Assembly: GCA_964441405.1 (NCBI GenBank)
Contig: CAYTYP010000002.1
Span: 76,606-140,605, forward strand
Reading direction: 5' to 3'
Length of the DNA: 64,000 nucleotides
DNA from: an uncultured Acidobacteriota bacterium
GTDB taxonomy: Bacteria; Acidobacteriota; UBA6911
Positions 39,566 through 49,939 of the stretch are shown one piece after another. The notes below the pieces were generated by a model that was not told where the DNA came from, made no database searches, and saw only the letters and a program-made list of their open reading frames with translations. The position numbers and the translations under genes are program-made. Numbering within the stretch: the first letter of the stretch is position 1; each line of letters opens with the position of its first letter.

Positions 39566-40822
39566 ATGCGGGACGTTATGGGGGTTGTGCTGAGCGGAGG
39601 GCAGGGCAAACGGCTGTATCCACTTACAAAACTGAGAAGCAAACCGGCCGTTCCCCTGGGAGGCAAATACCGGCTGATTGATATCCCGATCAGCAATTGT
39701 TTGAATTCCCAGATAAATAAGATTTTTGTTTTAACCCAATTCAACTCGGCTTCTCTCAACCGGCATATTGTTCAAACGTATCGATTCGACATGTTCAACG
39801 ACGGCTTCGTGGACATTCTTGCCGCCGAACAGACTCCGGACAATTCCAACTGGTTTCAAGGCACCGCGGATGCCGTTCGACAAAGCATCAAGCATCTGCA
39901 GCCGTTTTCGGATATAAACTACGTCATCATTCTTTCCGGCGACCAGTTGTATCAAATGGACTATCGTTCCATCATCGATTTTCATATTCAAAACAAAGCG
40001 GATATAACCGTAGCGGCGAAACCTGTATCCGCCGAGGCGGTTTCCGGCATGGGCATTATGAAAGTCCAGGAAGACGGCAGGGCCATCGACTTTTTAGAAA
40101 AACCGAAGCTCGGGGAGTTTCCTGAATCGCAGTTTGTCCGCTCTGCCTCCGATCCACGGTTTCTGGCGAGCATGGGGATTTACGTGTTTTCCAAGCAGCT
40201 GCTTATGAAAATACTGACGGAATCCTCTGCTGTCGATTTTGGGAAGGAGCTTATTCCGCAGTCTTTAAAAAAATATAAGGTTATGTCCTATGTGTTTGAA
40301 GGATACTGGCAGGATATCGGGACCATTCGTTCTTTTTATGAAGCCAACCTGGCTCTGACCAACCCGGCGCCGGAATTCAGCTTTTATAATCTCAATACGC
40401 CTATTTTCACTCATCCGCGGAAGCTGCCCTGCTCCAAACTTAACAGCTGCACCGTTCATCAGTCCATCATTGCGGAGGGTTGCATCCTGAGCGGTTCCGA
40501 CATCGCCCACTCCATCATCGGAGTTCGAAGCCGGATCGGGAACGGCACGACGATTAAAAATTCCATTATCATGGGCTCCGACCGGTTTGAAACCATCGAA
40601 CAACTGGAGGAGAATGCTGAGAAAAAAATCGCCCATATGGGGATTGGCAATCACTGCACCATCATCAATGCCATTATCGACAAGGATGTTCGGATTGGCG
40701 ACCACGTTTCCATCATCAATGCCCATAATTTGCAGGAAAAAGACGATGAATATTACAATATCCGGGACGGCATCATCGTCGTACCGAAAGGCTCCTGGAT
40801 TAAAAACGGCACGGTGATTTAG
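39566..40822 (+). CDS. glgC: Glucose-1-phosphate adenylyltransferase.
   Basis: VLSGGQGKRLYPLTKLRSKPAVPLGGKYRLIDIPISNC and a C-terminal left-handed beta-helix. Confidence 0.85.
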   Translation: MRDVMGVVLSGGQGKRLYPLTKLRSKPAVPLGGKYRLIDIPISNCLNSQINKIFVLTQFNSASLNRHIVQTYRFDMFNDGFVDILAAEQTPDNSNWFQGTADAVRQSIKHLQPFSDINYVIILSGDQLYQMDYRSIIDFHIQNKADITVAAKPVSAEAVSGMGIMKVQEDGRAIDFLEKPKLGEFPESQFVRSASDPRFLASMGIYVFSKQLLMKILTESSAVDFGKELIPQSLKKYKVMSYVFEGYWQDIGTIRSFYEANLALTNPAPEFSFYNLNTPIFTHPRKLPCSKLNSCTVHQSIIAEGCILSGSDIAHSIIGVRSRIGNGTTIKNSIIMGSDRFETIEQLEENAEKKIAHMGIGNHCTIINAIIDKDVRIGDHVSIINAHNLQEKDDEYYNIRDGIIVVPKGSWIKNGTVI

Positions 40823-40826
40823 CTCT

Positions 40827-41699
40827 ATGGATAAGCTGCTCGCCGGCGCCCATATGTCCATTGCGGGTGGCGTTCATCTCGCGTTTGAGCGTGGTTTGAA
40901 GGCCGGCTGCCGCACGATCCAGGTTTTTCTTAAGAACAGCAATCAGTGGAAAGCGAAACCTCTGACGGAAGAGGATAGGGCGAAGTTTCAAGCTGCGCAA
41001 AAGCAAAGCGGCATTCGGCCTGTAACGGCCCACGACAGTTATCTGATCAATCTGGCTTCGCCGGACAAATCCCTTTGGAAGAAATCCCTCGATGCTTTTA
41101 TCGAGGAAATGAAACGCGCGAATTTTCTCGACATTCCTTATTTGATAATGCACCCGGGCGCGCATGTCGGCGCCGGGGATGAAAAAGGAATTGCGAAAAT
41201 ATCGGAAGCGATGAAGTGCGCGCTTGAAACTGTGGGCCCGCCGGTTTCCGTCGTCCTGGAAAACACGGCAGGGCAGGGGAGCAGCCTGGGCCACCGCTTC
41301 GAGCATCTGGCTGAAATAATGGAGAAGATCCCGTATCCGGAGCGCGTTGGAGTCTGTTTGGACACCTGCCATCTTTTTGCCGCCGGATACGACATTCGCA
41401 CGAAGGAAGGTTATCAAGCGACCATGAGGGATTTCGATCGCCTCGTCGGCATCGCGACAATTCGTGCGTTCCACGTCAATGACAGCAAAAAGGATCTTGG
41501 TTCCCATGTGGATCGCCATGCGCACATCGGTGAAGGCTGCATCGGTCTCGAAGCCTTCCGTTGTTTAGTCCATGACCGCCGTTTTGCACGAATCCCGAAA
41601 ATCCTCGAAACGCCTAAAGGCCCCGATCTCGAAGAAGACATCATGAATCTGGCGACATTGCACTCGCTGGCGTCTGCTCGCCGCCTGCCGGAATTGTAA
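40827..41699 (+). CDS. nfo: Endonuclease IV.
   Basis: AHxSY.INLAS...IMHPGAH...LENTAGQG...CLDTCH...HVNDS. Confidence 0.9.
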   Translation: MDKLLAGAHMSIAGGVHLAFERGLKAGCRTIQVFLKNSNQWKAKPLTEEDRAKFQAAQKQSGIRPVTAHDSYLINLASPDKSLWKKSLDAFIEEMKRANFLDIPYLIMHPGAHVGAGDEKGIAKISEAMKCALETVGPPVSVVLENTAGQGSSLGHRFEHLAEIMEKIPYPERVGVCLDTCHLFAAGYDIRTKEGYQATMRDFDRLVGIATIRAFHVNDSKKDLGSHVDRHAHIGEGCIGLEAFRCLVHDRRFARIPKILETPKGPDLEEDIMNLATLHSLASARRLPEL

Positions 41700-41911
41700 G
41701 AACGCTGCGGATTGCATAGATTCCACGCATTTAAAAACAATTCAAAACCGCGTAATCCATGGCATTTTTATTGCTTTTGCAAAGGCGACTTTTTTCAGCC
41801 GGCTTCCCGGGATTGCTGCGCTAATTCCCGGACAGGCTCCTGGCGGCGGCTTTCATGCGCACGCCTTGAAAGTATACACCTATTTTGCTATTTTATGTGT
41901 ATGGAGGCGGT

Positions 41912-42118
41912 ATGCAGCGAACGAATATTGTCGTGAATGAAAAATTGATTAATGAGGGCAAGAAACTCACCGGCCTCAGGACAAGCAAAGAACTTGTCAA
42001 TTTCGCCCTTGAACAATTGGTCCGGCGGGAGAAGCAGAAGCGGATTCTCGCCCTTGAAGGCAAGATTGATTGGAGGGGAGACCTGGCTGAAATGCGTTCG
42101 ACAAGAGGTCCCCGGTGA
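41912..42118 (+). CDS. vapB: Type II antitoxin, VapB family.
   Basis: MQRTNIVVNEKLINEGKKL... with an SD-like GGAGGCGG upstream. It overlaps the downstream PIN gene by GTGA. Confidence 0.7.
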   Translation: MQRTNIVVNEKLINEGKKLTGLRTSKELVNFALEQLVRREKQKRILALEGKIDWRGDLAEMRSTRGPR

Positions 42119-42525
42119 TTGTCGTCGACACTTCGGTTTGGATCGATTACTTTGCAGGTAAAGGTGCGCGCGGATCGCTTGATCTTAAAAATGCAATTGT
42201 CAATGCGGAAGACCTCTGTATCTGCGGAGTTATTGCCACTGAAGTACTGCAGGGGATTCGTGATGATGCTGAATTCGATAAGGTCTGCCGGATTCTCGAT
42301 GAACTCATCTATCTGCCCCAGAAAAAATCAACCCACCTGTTGGCAGCAACCATCTATCGTTCTCTGCGAAAGCATGGAAAAACAATCAGAAAACCCATTG
42401 ACTGTATCATAGCGGCTGTATGCATCGAAAATTCGGCTTTTCTTCTTCACAATGATAGAGATTTTGTTAGTATCGCCGGATATTTTCCGTTGCAGCGGTA
42501 TAGCGTGGAAGAGGCTGGAGGATAG
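42115..42525 (+). CDS. vapC: PIN-domain toxin VapC.
   Basis: VVDTSVWIDYF... with PIN acidic residues (D5, E43, D97 context). Confidence 0.8.
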   Translation: MIVVDTSVWIDYFAGKGARGSLDLKNAIVNAEDLCICGVIATEVLQGIRDDAEFDKVCRILDELIYLPQKKSTHLLAATIYRSLRKHGKTIRKPIDCIIAAVCIENSAFLLHNDRDFVSIAGYFPLQRYSVEEAGG

Positions 42526-42611
42526 GACAAATTGGAACCACAGGCGCTAATTTGCCAAGGTCTGTTGCTGAGCCCAAGGACACAGATTTAAATCGGCGTT
42601 CCGTCAGCGGC

Positions 42612-44909
42612 TTACAGCGATTTCAGTTTTGCGTAAGTCTCCATGAGGGATTTTTTGCCGACGCGGCTGAAGGTTACGACGAGCTTGAAATCATTGCCCA
42701 CGCGCTCACGGCTTAAAATGATGCCGTCCCCAAACTGATCATGTCGAACGCGCATGCCTGCTTTTAATCCCGATCCGGTTTTTGCGCCCTGGCCGCCGGT
42801 TGAAGATGAGCGCTGCTGTTTTTCGAGGTAAGCCTTAAGCTCGGCGATTGACTTGGGTTTCAGCGATGTGTCGACGCGGGAAGGGCTGCGGTCGACACTC
42901 TTAGCCTTATAAGAGACATAATGTTCTGTTTCCTCATGGAACCATTCGCGGGAGCGCAACCGCTGGTCGGCGTCATCGAAGTCCGGGCTGTTGAGTTGTT
43001 CGATCAGGTCCTCAGGCATTTCTTTCAAAAAGCGGGACATTTGAGCGGGAAAGCCGGCGTCCGGGCCGTAATTTTTGCGAAAAAGAGTCCATGTGACGAA
43101 GAGCTTTCGCCTTGCTCGTGTGATTCCGACATAGGCCAGACGCCGTTCTTCTTCAATGTCTTCGTTTGAATTCATAGATTGGGAATGAGGAAAAAGCCCT
43201 TCCTCCATCCCTGCCAGGAAAACAGTGTCGAATTCCAGCCCTTTGGCGCTGTGCAGAGTCATGAGCGCAATATGGGCATTGGGATCCAGGTGATCGAGTT
43301 CGGAGGAGAGAGTGGCCCGATCAAGGAATTCCGAAATGCTTTCACCTCTTTCTCCGGATTCCGCCGCCGCTCGTATCAATTCCTCGATATTGGCCAGCCG
43401 GTTTTCTGCTTCCGCAGTCGCTTCCTGTTTCTGAAGCATTTCCTTGTAGCGGGTGTCTTCCAGAATAGTCTCAATCAACTTGGCCATTGGAATCGTATCC
43501 CGCAGGCCTGTCCACTTGTCCATCAGAGCTTGAAACTGCTGGAGATTTTTGGTGATTCGACCGGGCAATTGCGGATCGGCGGCTTTTTCGCGCACTATCT
43601 GCAGAATCGGGGCGTTTTGGCTCAGAGCGGCTTCGGTGAGCAAATCGATGCTGGCGCTGCCAATCCCTCGGGTAGGCGTATTAATGATGCGGAGAAGCGC
43701 CACATCATCCTCGGGATTAAAGATAACGCGCAGGTAGGACAGCAGGTCTTTGATTTCCATGCGGCCGAAGAATGCAACGCTTCCCACGACTGCATAAGGC
43801 ATGCCTTCTTCCGTCAGCACATCTTCGAAGTTCCTGGAGAGGAAATTGGCTCGATAGAGAACCGCAACATGAGATTCCGGGCTGTCGTTTAAGATTTTTT
43901 TGATCTGCCTCGCGACCCAGGTCGCTTCTTCCCTGGGGGTTTGGACGCACTGGCATGTAATTAAATCGCCGGCTGCATTATCCGTCCAGAGGGTTTTTCC
44001 CTTGCGTTCCGTATTGTTCTCTACCACCGCGCCGGCGGCTCGCAGGATATTCTGACTGGACCGGTAATTCTGTTCCAGTTTGATCACCCGCGCGCCCGGA
44101 AAGTCTTTTTCGAATTTCAGAATGTTATGGATATCCGCTCCGCGGAATTTGTAGATCGATTGGTCCTCGTCGCCGACTACAAAAAGATTGTTGTGCGCGG
44201 ATGTAAGCAAGCGGAGCAGTTCATATTGCGGACGATTGGTGTCCTGGTATTCGTCGACCAGGATGTATTTGTACCAGTCACTGTAATATTTCCGCAATTC
44301 CTGATTTTTCGCGAGTACCGCCACCGCCAATAAAAGCAAATCATCAAAATCGAGCGAATTGGAGTTGCGCAATCGCGAGTTGTATTGCAAATAGATGCGT
44401 TGCACATCTTCCGCTGCATCGGATGGGAACCGGACCGCGTACTGTTCCGGCGTTACACCATGATTTTTTGAATAGCTGATCCGGCTGAGAATCTCCCGAG
44501 GCGGCATCTCCTGATTCGGGTTGTTGTTTTCCTCCAATATGCGTTTGACCAGCCGCTTTTGATCGTCGGTATCATAGATGGAAAAATCGCGTTTATACCC
44601 AAGGTGATGAATTTCTCTTCGAAGCAGGCGAACGCAGAATGAATGGAATGTCGAGATCAGCGGTTCGGCGCTACGGGAAGGGCCAAGCATTTTTTGAACG
44701 CGCCCGCGCATTTCCTGGGAGGCTTTGTTGGTAAAGGTTGCCGCCAGAATATTTTCCGGACGAGCAGCCGAGTTATGAATCAGATAGGCAATTCGATGAG
44801 TAATGACGCGGGTTTTTCCGCTTCCGGCGCCGGCGAGCACAAGCGCCGGGCCTCTTCCATGCTCAACAGCTAAACGCTGAGGAGGATTTAAACCAGCCAA
44901 TATATCCAT
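42612..44909 (-). CDS. UvrD/PcrA-family ATP-dependent DNA helicase with a C-terminal Tudor-like domain.
   Basis: Walker A motif AGAGSGKT and the full SF1 motif set are present. The C-terminus GMRVRHDQFGDGIILSRE is the PcrA/UvrD C-terminal domain. Confidence 0.85.
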   Translation of the reverse strand: MDILAGLNPPQRLAVEHGRGPALVLAGAGSGKTRVITHRIAYLIHNSAARPENILAATFTNKASQEMRGRVQKMLGPSRSAEPLISTFHSFCVRLLRREIHHLGYKRDFSIYDTDDQKRLVKRILEENNNPNQEMPPREILSRISYSKNHGVTPEQYAVRFPSDAAEDVQRIYLQYNSRLRNSNSLDFDDLLLLAVAVLAKNQELRKYYSDWYKYILVDEYQDTNRPQYELLRLLTSAHNNLFVVGDEDQSIYKFRGADIHNILKFEKDFPGARVIKLEQNYRSSQNILRAAGAVVENNTERKGKTLWTDNAAGDLITCQCVQTPREEATWVARQIKKILNDSPESHVAVLYRANFLSRNFEDVLTEEGMPYAVVGSVAFFGRMEIKDLLSYLRVIFNPEDDVALLRIINTPTRGIGSASIDLLTEAALSQNAPILQIVREKAADPQLPGRITKNLQQFQALMDKWTGLRDTIPMAKLIETILEDTRYKEMLQKQEATAEAENRLANIEELIRAAAESGERGESISEFLDRATLSSELDHLDPNAHIALMTLHSAKGLEFDTVFLAGMEEGLFPHSQSMNSNEDIEEERRLAYVGITRARRKLFVTWTLFRKNYGPDAGFPAQMSRFLKEMPEDLIEQLNSPDFDDADQRLRSREWFHEETEHYVSYKAKSVDRSPSRVDTSLKPKSIAELKAYLEKQQRSSSTGGQGAKTGSGLKAGMRVRHDQFGDGIILSRERVGNDFKLVVTFSRVGKKSLMETYAKLKSL

Positions 44910-45040
44910 CTTGGGATGCTATCAAACTGAGGCGCGGCTGTCAGGATAAAATCGTCATCTTTAATGCATTCCGTGTGGACGTAGAAGTTGCGCGTAGTCG
45001 TGGACTTTTTCATCTTTTGCTGAACGGGAAGACCTTTATT

Positions 45041-45430
45041 TTATATTTGGCGCTGCTGAAGTGCGGATATTTCAGCTAAAAGAGAATAATCTCGATCGCG
45101 GTGCAGAATTGTCAACCCATGGCGCAAAGCGCATGCGGCAATAAGGCAATCGACGGAAGACCTTATGGTTAGTCCTTGCCGCCTGACCGTTCTGTATAGT
45201 GCGACGGCTTCTTCCACAACTGAGATGCTGAGAGGGGACTCCACTGTCGGCAGCGCCAGCATTGCATCGCGCGCTATGAAGAAAGCTCGTTCTTCTCGGA
45301 ATCCCTGCAATACCTCTTGGATAATAGGCAGGCATGTGACAATCCGGTCAAATTCAACGATTTTTTCAAAATGCAATGGATTGCGGGCGCGAAAGATTTC
45401 GATCCAAACGGAAGTATCTAGGAGAATCAT
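45041..45430 (-). CDS. vapC: PIN-domain toxin VapC, a paralogue of 42115-42525.
   Basis: MILLDTSVWIEIF...QEVLQG...VDCLIAA. Confidence 0.8.
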   Translation of the reverse strand: MILLDTSVWIEIFRARNPLHFEKIVEFDRIVTCLPIIQEVLQGFREERAFFIARDAMLALPTVESPLSISVVEEAVALYRTVRRQGLTIRSSVDCLIAACALRHGLTILHRDRDYSLLAEISALQQRQI

Positions 45431-45654
45431 CGCGCCTTCGATCCCGTTTTGCGTCGAGGCCGATCCTTCCGCATATCCGATAGATCTCCCTCCCAGAGTC
45501 CGGAACCTGCAAGTTCTAAAATGCGTCGAGCCTTGGCTCGTCTGACAAAATCCTGGAGAGCCATATCGACTGTCCGAGAATATGTTTTCACGCCTGCTAT
45601 CCGAACTGCTTCCTCCAGTAAATCTTCATTTAACACAAGATTTGTACGTTTCAT
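45427..45654 (-). CDS. vapB: Type II antitoxin of the VapB family, a paralogue of 41912-42118.
   Basis: MKRTNLVLNEDLLEEA...ARRILELAGSGLWEGDLSDMR. It overlaps vapC by ATGA. The palindrome TGTATA-G-TATACA sits at 45656-45668, right upstream of the start codon. Confidence 0.7.
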   Translation of the reverse strand: MKRTNLVLNEDLLEEAVRIAGVKTYSRTVDMALQDFVRRAKARRILELAGSGLWEGDLSDMRKDRPRRKTGSKAR

Positions 45655-45785
45655 GTGTATAGTATACATATCAGCGAAGTAGTATTCCAGATTTTATCCC
45701 TTCTCTTTTGCCTTGGGACTCGCCCCGTTTTTAAATCGGGGTTGGGGTCGGAATCGGGTTCGGGAATCGGTTTTTGCGGTAAAAA

Positions 45786-46919
45786 TTATCGAGTTAACGG
45801 TATGGGATGGGAATTAACCAGAGTCCAATAATCGGAGTAAAGTTCTTTCTGCTGATCCTTCTTGAAGGCTGAAATGTATTGCAGCAGGGTGACCATGCGA
45901 AAGCCATCCCGGAATTGATCGAGATAATTGCTTTGTGCGGATCGAATGAAGATGCTGTCGGAATTTGTCGGAAGAGCCTTTACATTATTGACGAAACCGG
46001 CGAATGAGCCCGATTCGAACAGGTACATCTCAACATTTGAAGTGTAGAAAGCGGTTAAGGAATAGGATTGATCGCGCAAATAACCCGCGATCGCTTTGAT
46101 TGTTTTGGGGCCGGAAAAATCACCGACAACTGGAATGATTCTGTTTTTCTCCTGGAGATCGCGGACGAATTGATACTCATCGGCGTTGGCCAGGAAATGG
46201 CCGGGTTTTCCGTCAGAGTCCACCTGTTCCATCAGTGTTCCCATGGAAGGCATGCCGCTAAAACGGCGTCCGCGAAAAGATTTGAATTGAAAGGAGAGAT
46301 CAAGGCCTTCCGTGTAGAAGGATTTATATATGGTCGTCAATGAATCCCGGTCATCTTTGGAGAGCGGGAATTCGAACTCCGACTGGATGGCGCGTTCGAT
46401 TTCGGACAGGTTGGAAGTGAAGTACGACTTGTCCGCGCGCGCCTCGGAAAAATAGTTCGTCAATGTCCCGATGGTTGCATTGGCGTCAGGGGAGGGTTTG
46501 CCGGTCAGCGGTCGACTGATAAGGCGGGAAAGGAATTCAGAGCGATTTTTAGAAAGATGAAATAAAGCTTTGTACATCAGATGCTGGATAAGAGCTTCAC
46601 GTCGTATATCTATTAAAAAAGCGATAGCGGGGCGAATCTTGGCGATATAGGTGAAATTCTGTTCCGGACCGACTCCAAGATAAGCGCCGCCGGAAATATG
46701 CAATTGGCGCATTTTAGTTACAACAGAAAGATAGCCGTCTTCATTGGAAACGAGGTTGTCGGATAGGAAGTATCCACTCTCTTCTGAAAAGCTTTTAATC
46801 ATTCTGGAGAATTCGGCGGCCGGGATGCGATCAGGAACAGATTCAGCGGCGAAACTTATGGTTAAAGCTGTAACAAATATCAGGGCCGTCCATCGGAGCA
46901 TAATAAGTCGAATTCTCAT
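45786..46919 (-). CDS. Hypothetical secreted protein.
   Basis: ORF with a signal peptide (MLRWTALIFVTALTISFA). No recognisable motif. Confidence 0.4.
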   Translation of the reverse strand: MRIRLIMLRWTALIFVTALTISFAAESVPDRIPAAEFSRMIKSFSEESGYFLSDNLVSNEDGYLSVVTKMRQLHISGGAYLGVGPEQNFTYIAKIRPAIAFLIDIRREALIQHLMYKALFHLSKNRSEFLSRLISRPLTGKPSPDANATIGTLTNYFSEARADKSYFTSNLSEIERAIQSEFEFPLSKDDRDSLTTIYKSFYTEGLDLSFQFKSFRGRRFSGMPSMGTLMEQVDSDGKPGHFLANADEYQFVRDLQEKNRIIPVVGDFSGPKTIKAIAGYLRDQSYSLTAFYTSNVEMYLFESGSFAGFVNNVKALPTNSDSIFIRSAQSNYLDQFRDGFRMVTLLQYISAFKKDQQKELYSDYWTLVNSHPIPLTR

Positions 46920-47116
46920 TTCCCATACCCACGTTCCATAATTCTCCTGGAACTGTCTATGGGATGCAATATAAAAAGCTTTAATCCCGAAAATACACGA
47001 TAAATTAATTTCGTGTATTTCGTCTGTTTCGTGGTTAAATATTATACAGACCCGTAGGCGAATACATTCTGCAGCTCCTAATCGGGTGAAGCGAATTAAA
47101 TCTTAGGAAAGTAGAT

Positions 47117-49258
47117 ATGGAAAAAGCAGAACAATTGCAGGCTATTTTTTCCCCTCGTTCCGTAGCGGTCATAGGAGCCTCGGCTAAACCGCAGAGCCTG
47201 GGTCGCGCTGTTTTCGCCAACCTGCTTTTCGCGGGCTATAGCGGCTGTGTTTATCCCGTCAATACGAAAGCAAAGAGCGTTCTGGGCGTGCGCGCCTATC
47301 CTACCGTGATGGATGTGCCGGATGAAGTGGATCTTGCCGTGATCATGGTTCCGGCCGAATTTGTTCCGCAAGTCCTGAAAGACGCAGGCCGAAAGGGATG
47401 CAAGGGAGCGATCGTCATCAGCGCCGGATTCAAAGAAATCGGCGGAAACGGCGTTCAACTGGAGCGCCAGCTGCAAGCAGTGGCGCAAGAGTATGGCATG
47501 GCGGTCGTGGGCCCGAATTGTTTTGGCGTCATCAATACGGATCCGTTGGTTTCATTGAACGCGACCTTCTCCCGCAGTTTTCCTCTGGGCGGCAAAATTG
47601 CCTTTATCTCCCAGAGCGGAGCTGTCGGAGTTGCGGCTCTCGAATATGCTGCAGCGGAAAAAATCGGATTCTCCAAGTTTATTTCCATAGGCAATAAAGC
47701 GGATCTTAATGAGAACGATGTTCTCGCCGCGCTTGCAGAGGACCCGGAAACGGATGTCATTCTGCTCTATCTCGAAGCATTGGAGGATCCGAAAGAATTT
47801 CTCCGGTTGGCCCGACTCATTTCGGAGAAGAAGCCGATCCTGGGAGTGAAATCCGGGCGGACGCTGGAGGGAGCCAAGGCCGCCGCGTCGCATACGGGCG
47901 CCCTGGTCGGTTCCGACGAAGTCTATGATTCCCTTTTTGCCCAATGCGGCGTGCTTCGCGTCGACACGCTCGAAGAGTTATTCCGTTTAGGAATGGCTTT
48001 CGCCAAACAGCCTTTGCCGCGCGGAAACCGAGTCGCCATCGTAACGAACGCCGGAGGCCCCGGGATTATGGCAACCGACAATTCGGTGCGCTACGGGTTG
48101 CACCTGGCCGGCTTGGATCCCAAAACCACAGCGAACCTGATGGCGGGCCTTCCCCCGACGGTGAGTCTGAACAATCCCATCGACCTGATTGGAGATGCGG
48201 ACGAATCCCGGTACGGATTGGCGATGCAGGCGGTATTGACCGATGACAATGTGGACGGGGTCATCGTGATATGCGTTCCGCAGATGCTGACGAACCTGGA
48301 AGCCATATCGAAGGCAATCGTTCCGCAGGCGCAACTTTCCAACAAGCCGGTCTTTGCCGTTTATATGGCAACCGGCAATATTGAAGATTCCCTGAAGATC
48401 CTCGATGCCGCGCAGATTCCGCACTATCGTTTTCCTGAAGACGCTGCGCGGGCGCTGAGCGCCATGGCGCGTTATTTCCAATGGCGTTCGCGGCCGCGAA
48501 CCGAAATTCGACACTTTGAAGACATTCAGCCGGAAAAAGTTCGCGCAATACTGACGAAAGCGAAAAAAGAACGGCGAGAATTCCTGCCGGAACCCGAGGC
48601 GCATGCGGTTCTGCGGGCATATGGGTTGCCGGTGTTGCGCTCCAAAATGGTCGGTGATTCAGCCGAAGCTGTTGTGGCTGCGCAGGGGATAGGCTTTCCC
48701 GTAGTTCTGAAAATCGTCTCTCCGGATATCGTCCACAAAGTGGATGTAGGGGGAGTCAAACTGAATCTCGAATCGGAAACCGATGTGCGGGTTGCATACG
48801 CCGAGCTGCTTCAACAGGTGAAAGCTACAAAAAACCATGCGGAGATCTGGGGCGTCCTGGTTCAGGAAATGGTGCACGGCGGAAAAGAGACCATTCTGGG
48901 GATGAAGCGCGATCGCCATTTTGGAGCGCTGTTGATGTTCGGCCTGGGCGGCATTTATGTTGAAGTGCTTCGCGACGTAACATTCAGGATCGCGCCCATC
49001 CGCGGATTCGATGCGCGGCATATGATAGAGGATATCAATGGCATCAAACTGCTGAGGGGATATCGCGGCGAACCCCCGTCGGACCTTGATGCCATTGAGC
49101 AATCGCTGTTGCGGCTTTCACAATTGGTCACCGACTTTCCGGAGATTGAGGAGATGGACATCAATCCATTAATTGTGCTTTCGGAAGGATCGGGCGCGCG
49201 CGTCGTCGATGCGCGGATTCTGATTTCAAACGAATCAACCGCGGATCCGCGGTTATAA
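47117..49258 (+). CDS. ADP-forming acetyl-CoA synthetase (NDP-forming acyl-CoA synthetase) with fused alpha and beta domains.
   Basis: CoA-binding N-terminus (VAVIGASAKPQSLGRAVFANL), succinyl-CoA-synthetase-like ligase domain, and ATP-grasp C-terminus (GFPVVLKIVSPDIVHKVDVGGVKLNL). Confidence 0.8.
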   Translation: MEKAEQLQAIFSPRSVAVIGASAKPQSLGRAVFANLLFAGYSGCVYPVNTKAKSVLGVRAYPTVMDVPDEVDLAVIMVPAEFVPQVLKDAGRKGCKGAIVISAGFKEIGGNGVQLERQLQAVAQEYGMAVVGPNCFGVINTDPLVSLNATFSRSFPLGGKIAFISQSGAVGVAALEYAAAEKIGFSKFISIGNKADLNENDVLAALAEDPETDVILLYLEALEDPKEFLRLARLISEKKPILGVKSGRTLEGAKAAASHTGALVGSDEVYDSLFAQCGVLRVDTLEELFRLGMAFAKQPLPRGNRVAIVTNAGGPGIMATDNSVRYGLHLAGLDPKTTANLMAGLPPTVSLNNPIDLIGDADESRYGLAMQAVLTDDNVDGVIVICVPQMLTNLEAISKAIVPQAQLSNKPVFAVYMATGNIEDSLKILDAAQIPHYRFPEDAARALSAMARYFQWRSRPRTEIRHFEDIQPEKVRAILTKAKKERREFLPEPEAHAVLRAYGLPVLRSKMVGDSAEAVVAAQGIGFPVVLKIVSPDIVHKVDVGGVKLNLESETDVRVAYAELLQQVKATKNHAEIWGVLVQEMVHGGKETILGMKRDRHFGALLMFGLGGIYVEVLRDVTFRIAPIRGFDARHMIEDINGIKLLRGYRGEPPSDLDAIEQSLLRLSQLVTDFPEIEEMDINPLIVLSEGSGARVVDARILISNESTADPRL

Positions 49259-49259
49259 A

Positions 49260-49751
49260 ATGGAGAGCGATATGTCCCATTCTTCAAACGCCGGCCCGCT
49301 GTTGCAGGGCGTGTCTCCCGAGACTTCCGATGGGAAAACCAAATATGGGAAGTGCCTGGTCCAACTGCCGATCCATCAAATGGGGGATTTGTCGATGTTT
49401 GCCGCCGGCGCGGACATCCTCAACGGATTTCCCTGCAATATTATTTATGCTTTCGGACTGAAAGCCGGCCGGTTGGGCCTATCAACGGAGCCTCACGTCC
49501 ATGATCATGATGAAGTCGTATACTTTATAGGATCCGATCCTAAAGACATCGGCGATTTGGGCGCAGAAGTGAATTTCCAGATAGGAGAAAAAGGGCAGGA
49601 AGAAGACCATATTTTTTCCGTTCCTACGGCTGTGGTCATTCCCAAAGGAGTATGGCACTGCCCGATGTACGCCCTGAAATTTCAAAAGCCATTTTTATGT
49701 ATGGCTGTTTCGATTACAGGAAAATACGAATACCATTATGCCGGGCAGTGA
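49260..49751 (+). CDS. Cupin-like hypothetical protein. Its start lies 1 bp after the stop of the synthetase gene.
   Basis: HVHDHDEVVYFIG...VVIPKGVWH resembles a cupin metal site. Confidence 0.4.
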   Translation: MESDMSHSSNAGPLLQGVSPETSDGKTKYGKCLVQLPIHQMGDLSMFAAGADILNGFPCNIIYAFGLKAGRLGLSTEPHVHDHDEVVYFIGSDPKDIGDLGAEVNFQIGEKGQEEDHIFSVPTAVVIPKGVWHCPMYALKFQKPFLCMAVSITGKYEYHYAGQ

Positions 49752-49883
49752 CGGCTGCAGCCTAAACTAAAACAACGCCACGGAATCGAACACAGAGTAC
49801 ACAGAATTTATTGATTAAATCTGTGTGATCCGTGTTCGGATCCGTGGCGTTGTTTTAGCCGGTTTATTCGGAATTTGGGTGAC
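49749..49883. repeat. Second copy of the long (~136 bp) GCCACGGAA-family element. It again begins at a TGA stop and lies between convergent genes.
   Basis: About 90% identical to 14331-14469. Confidence 0.8.
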
Positions 49884-49939
49884 AGACTTTGCACCCTTAG
49901 GCGCTGCGCCGGCGTTTTTCGGGCGCGCACTCATGCCTG

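Noticed and set aside
42612-44909. A Gabija-like (GajB) or other defence helicase.
   Set aside because: The protein is a full-length canonical UvrD/PcrA with the C-terminal Tudor-like domain. No GajA-like OLD/ATPase-Toprim partner is present. Only the flanking TA pairs are unusual.
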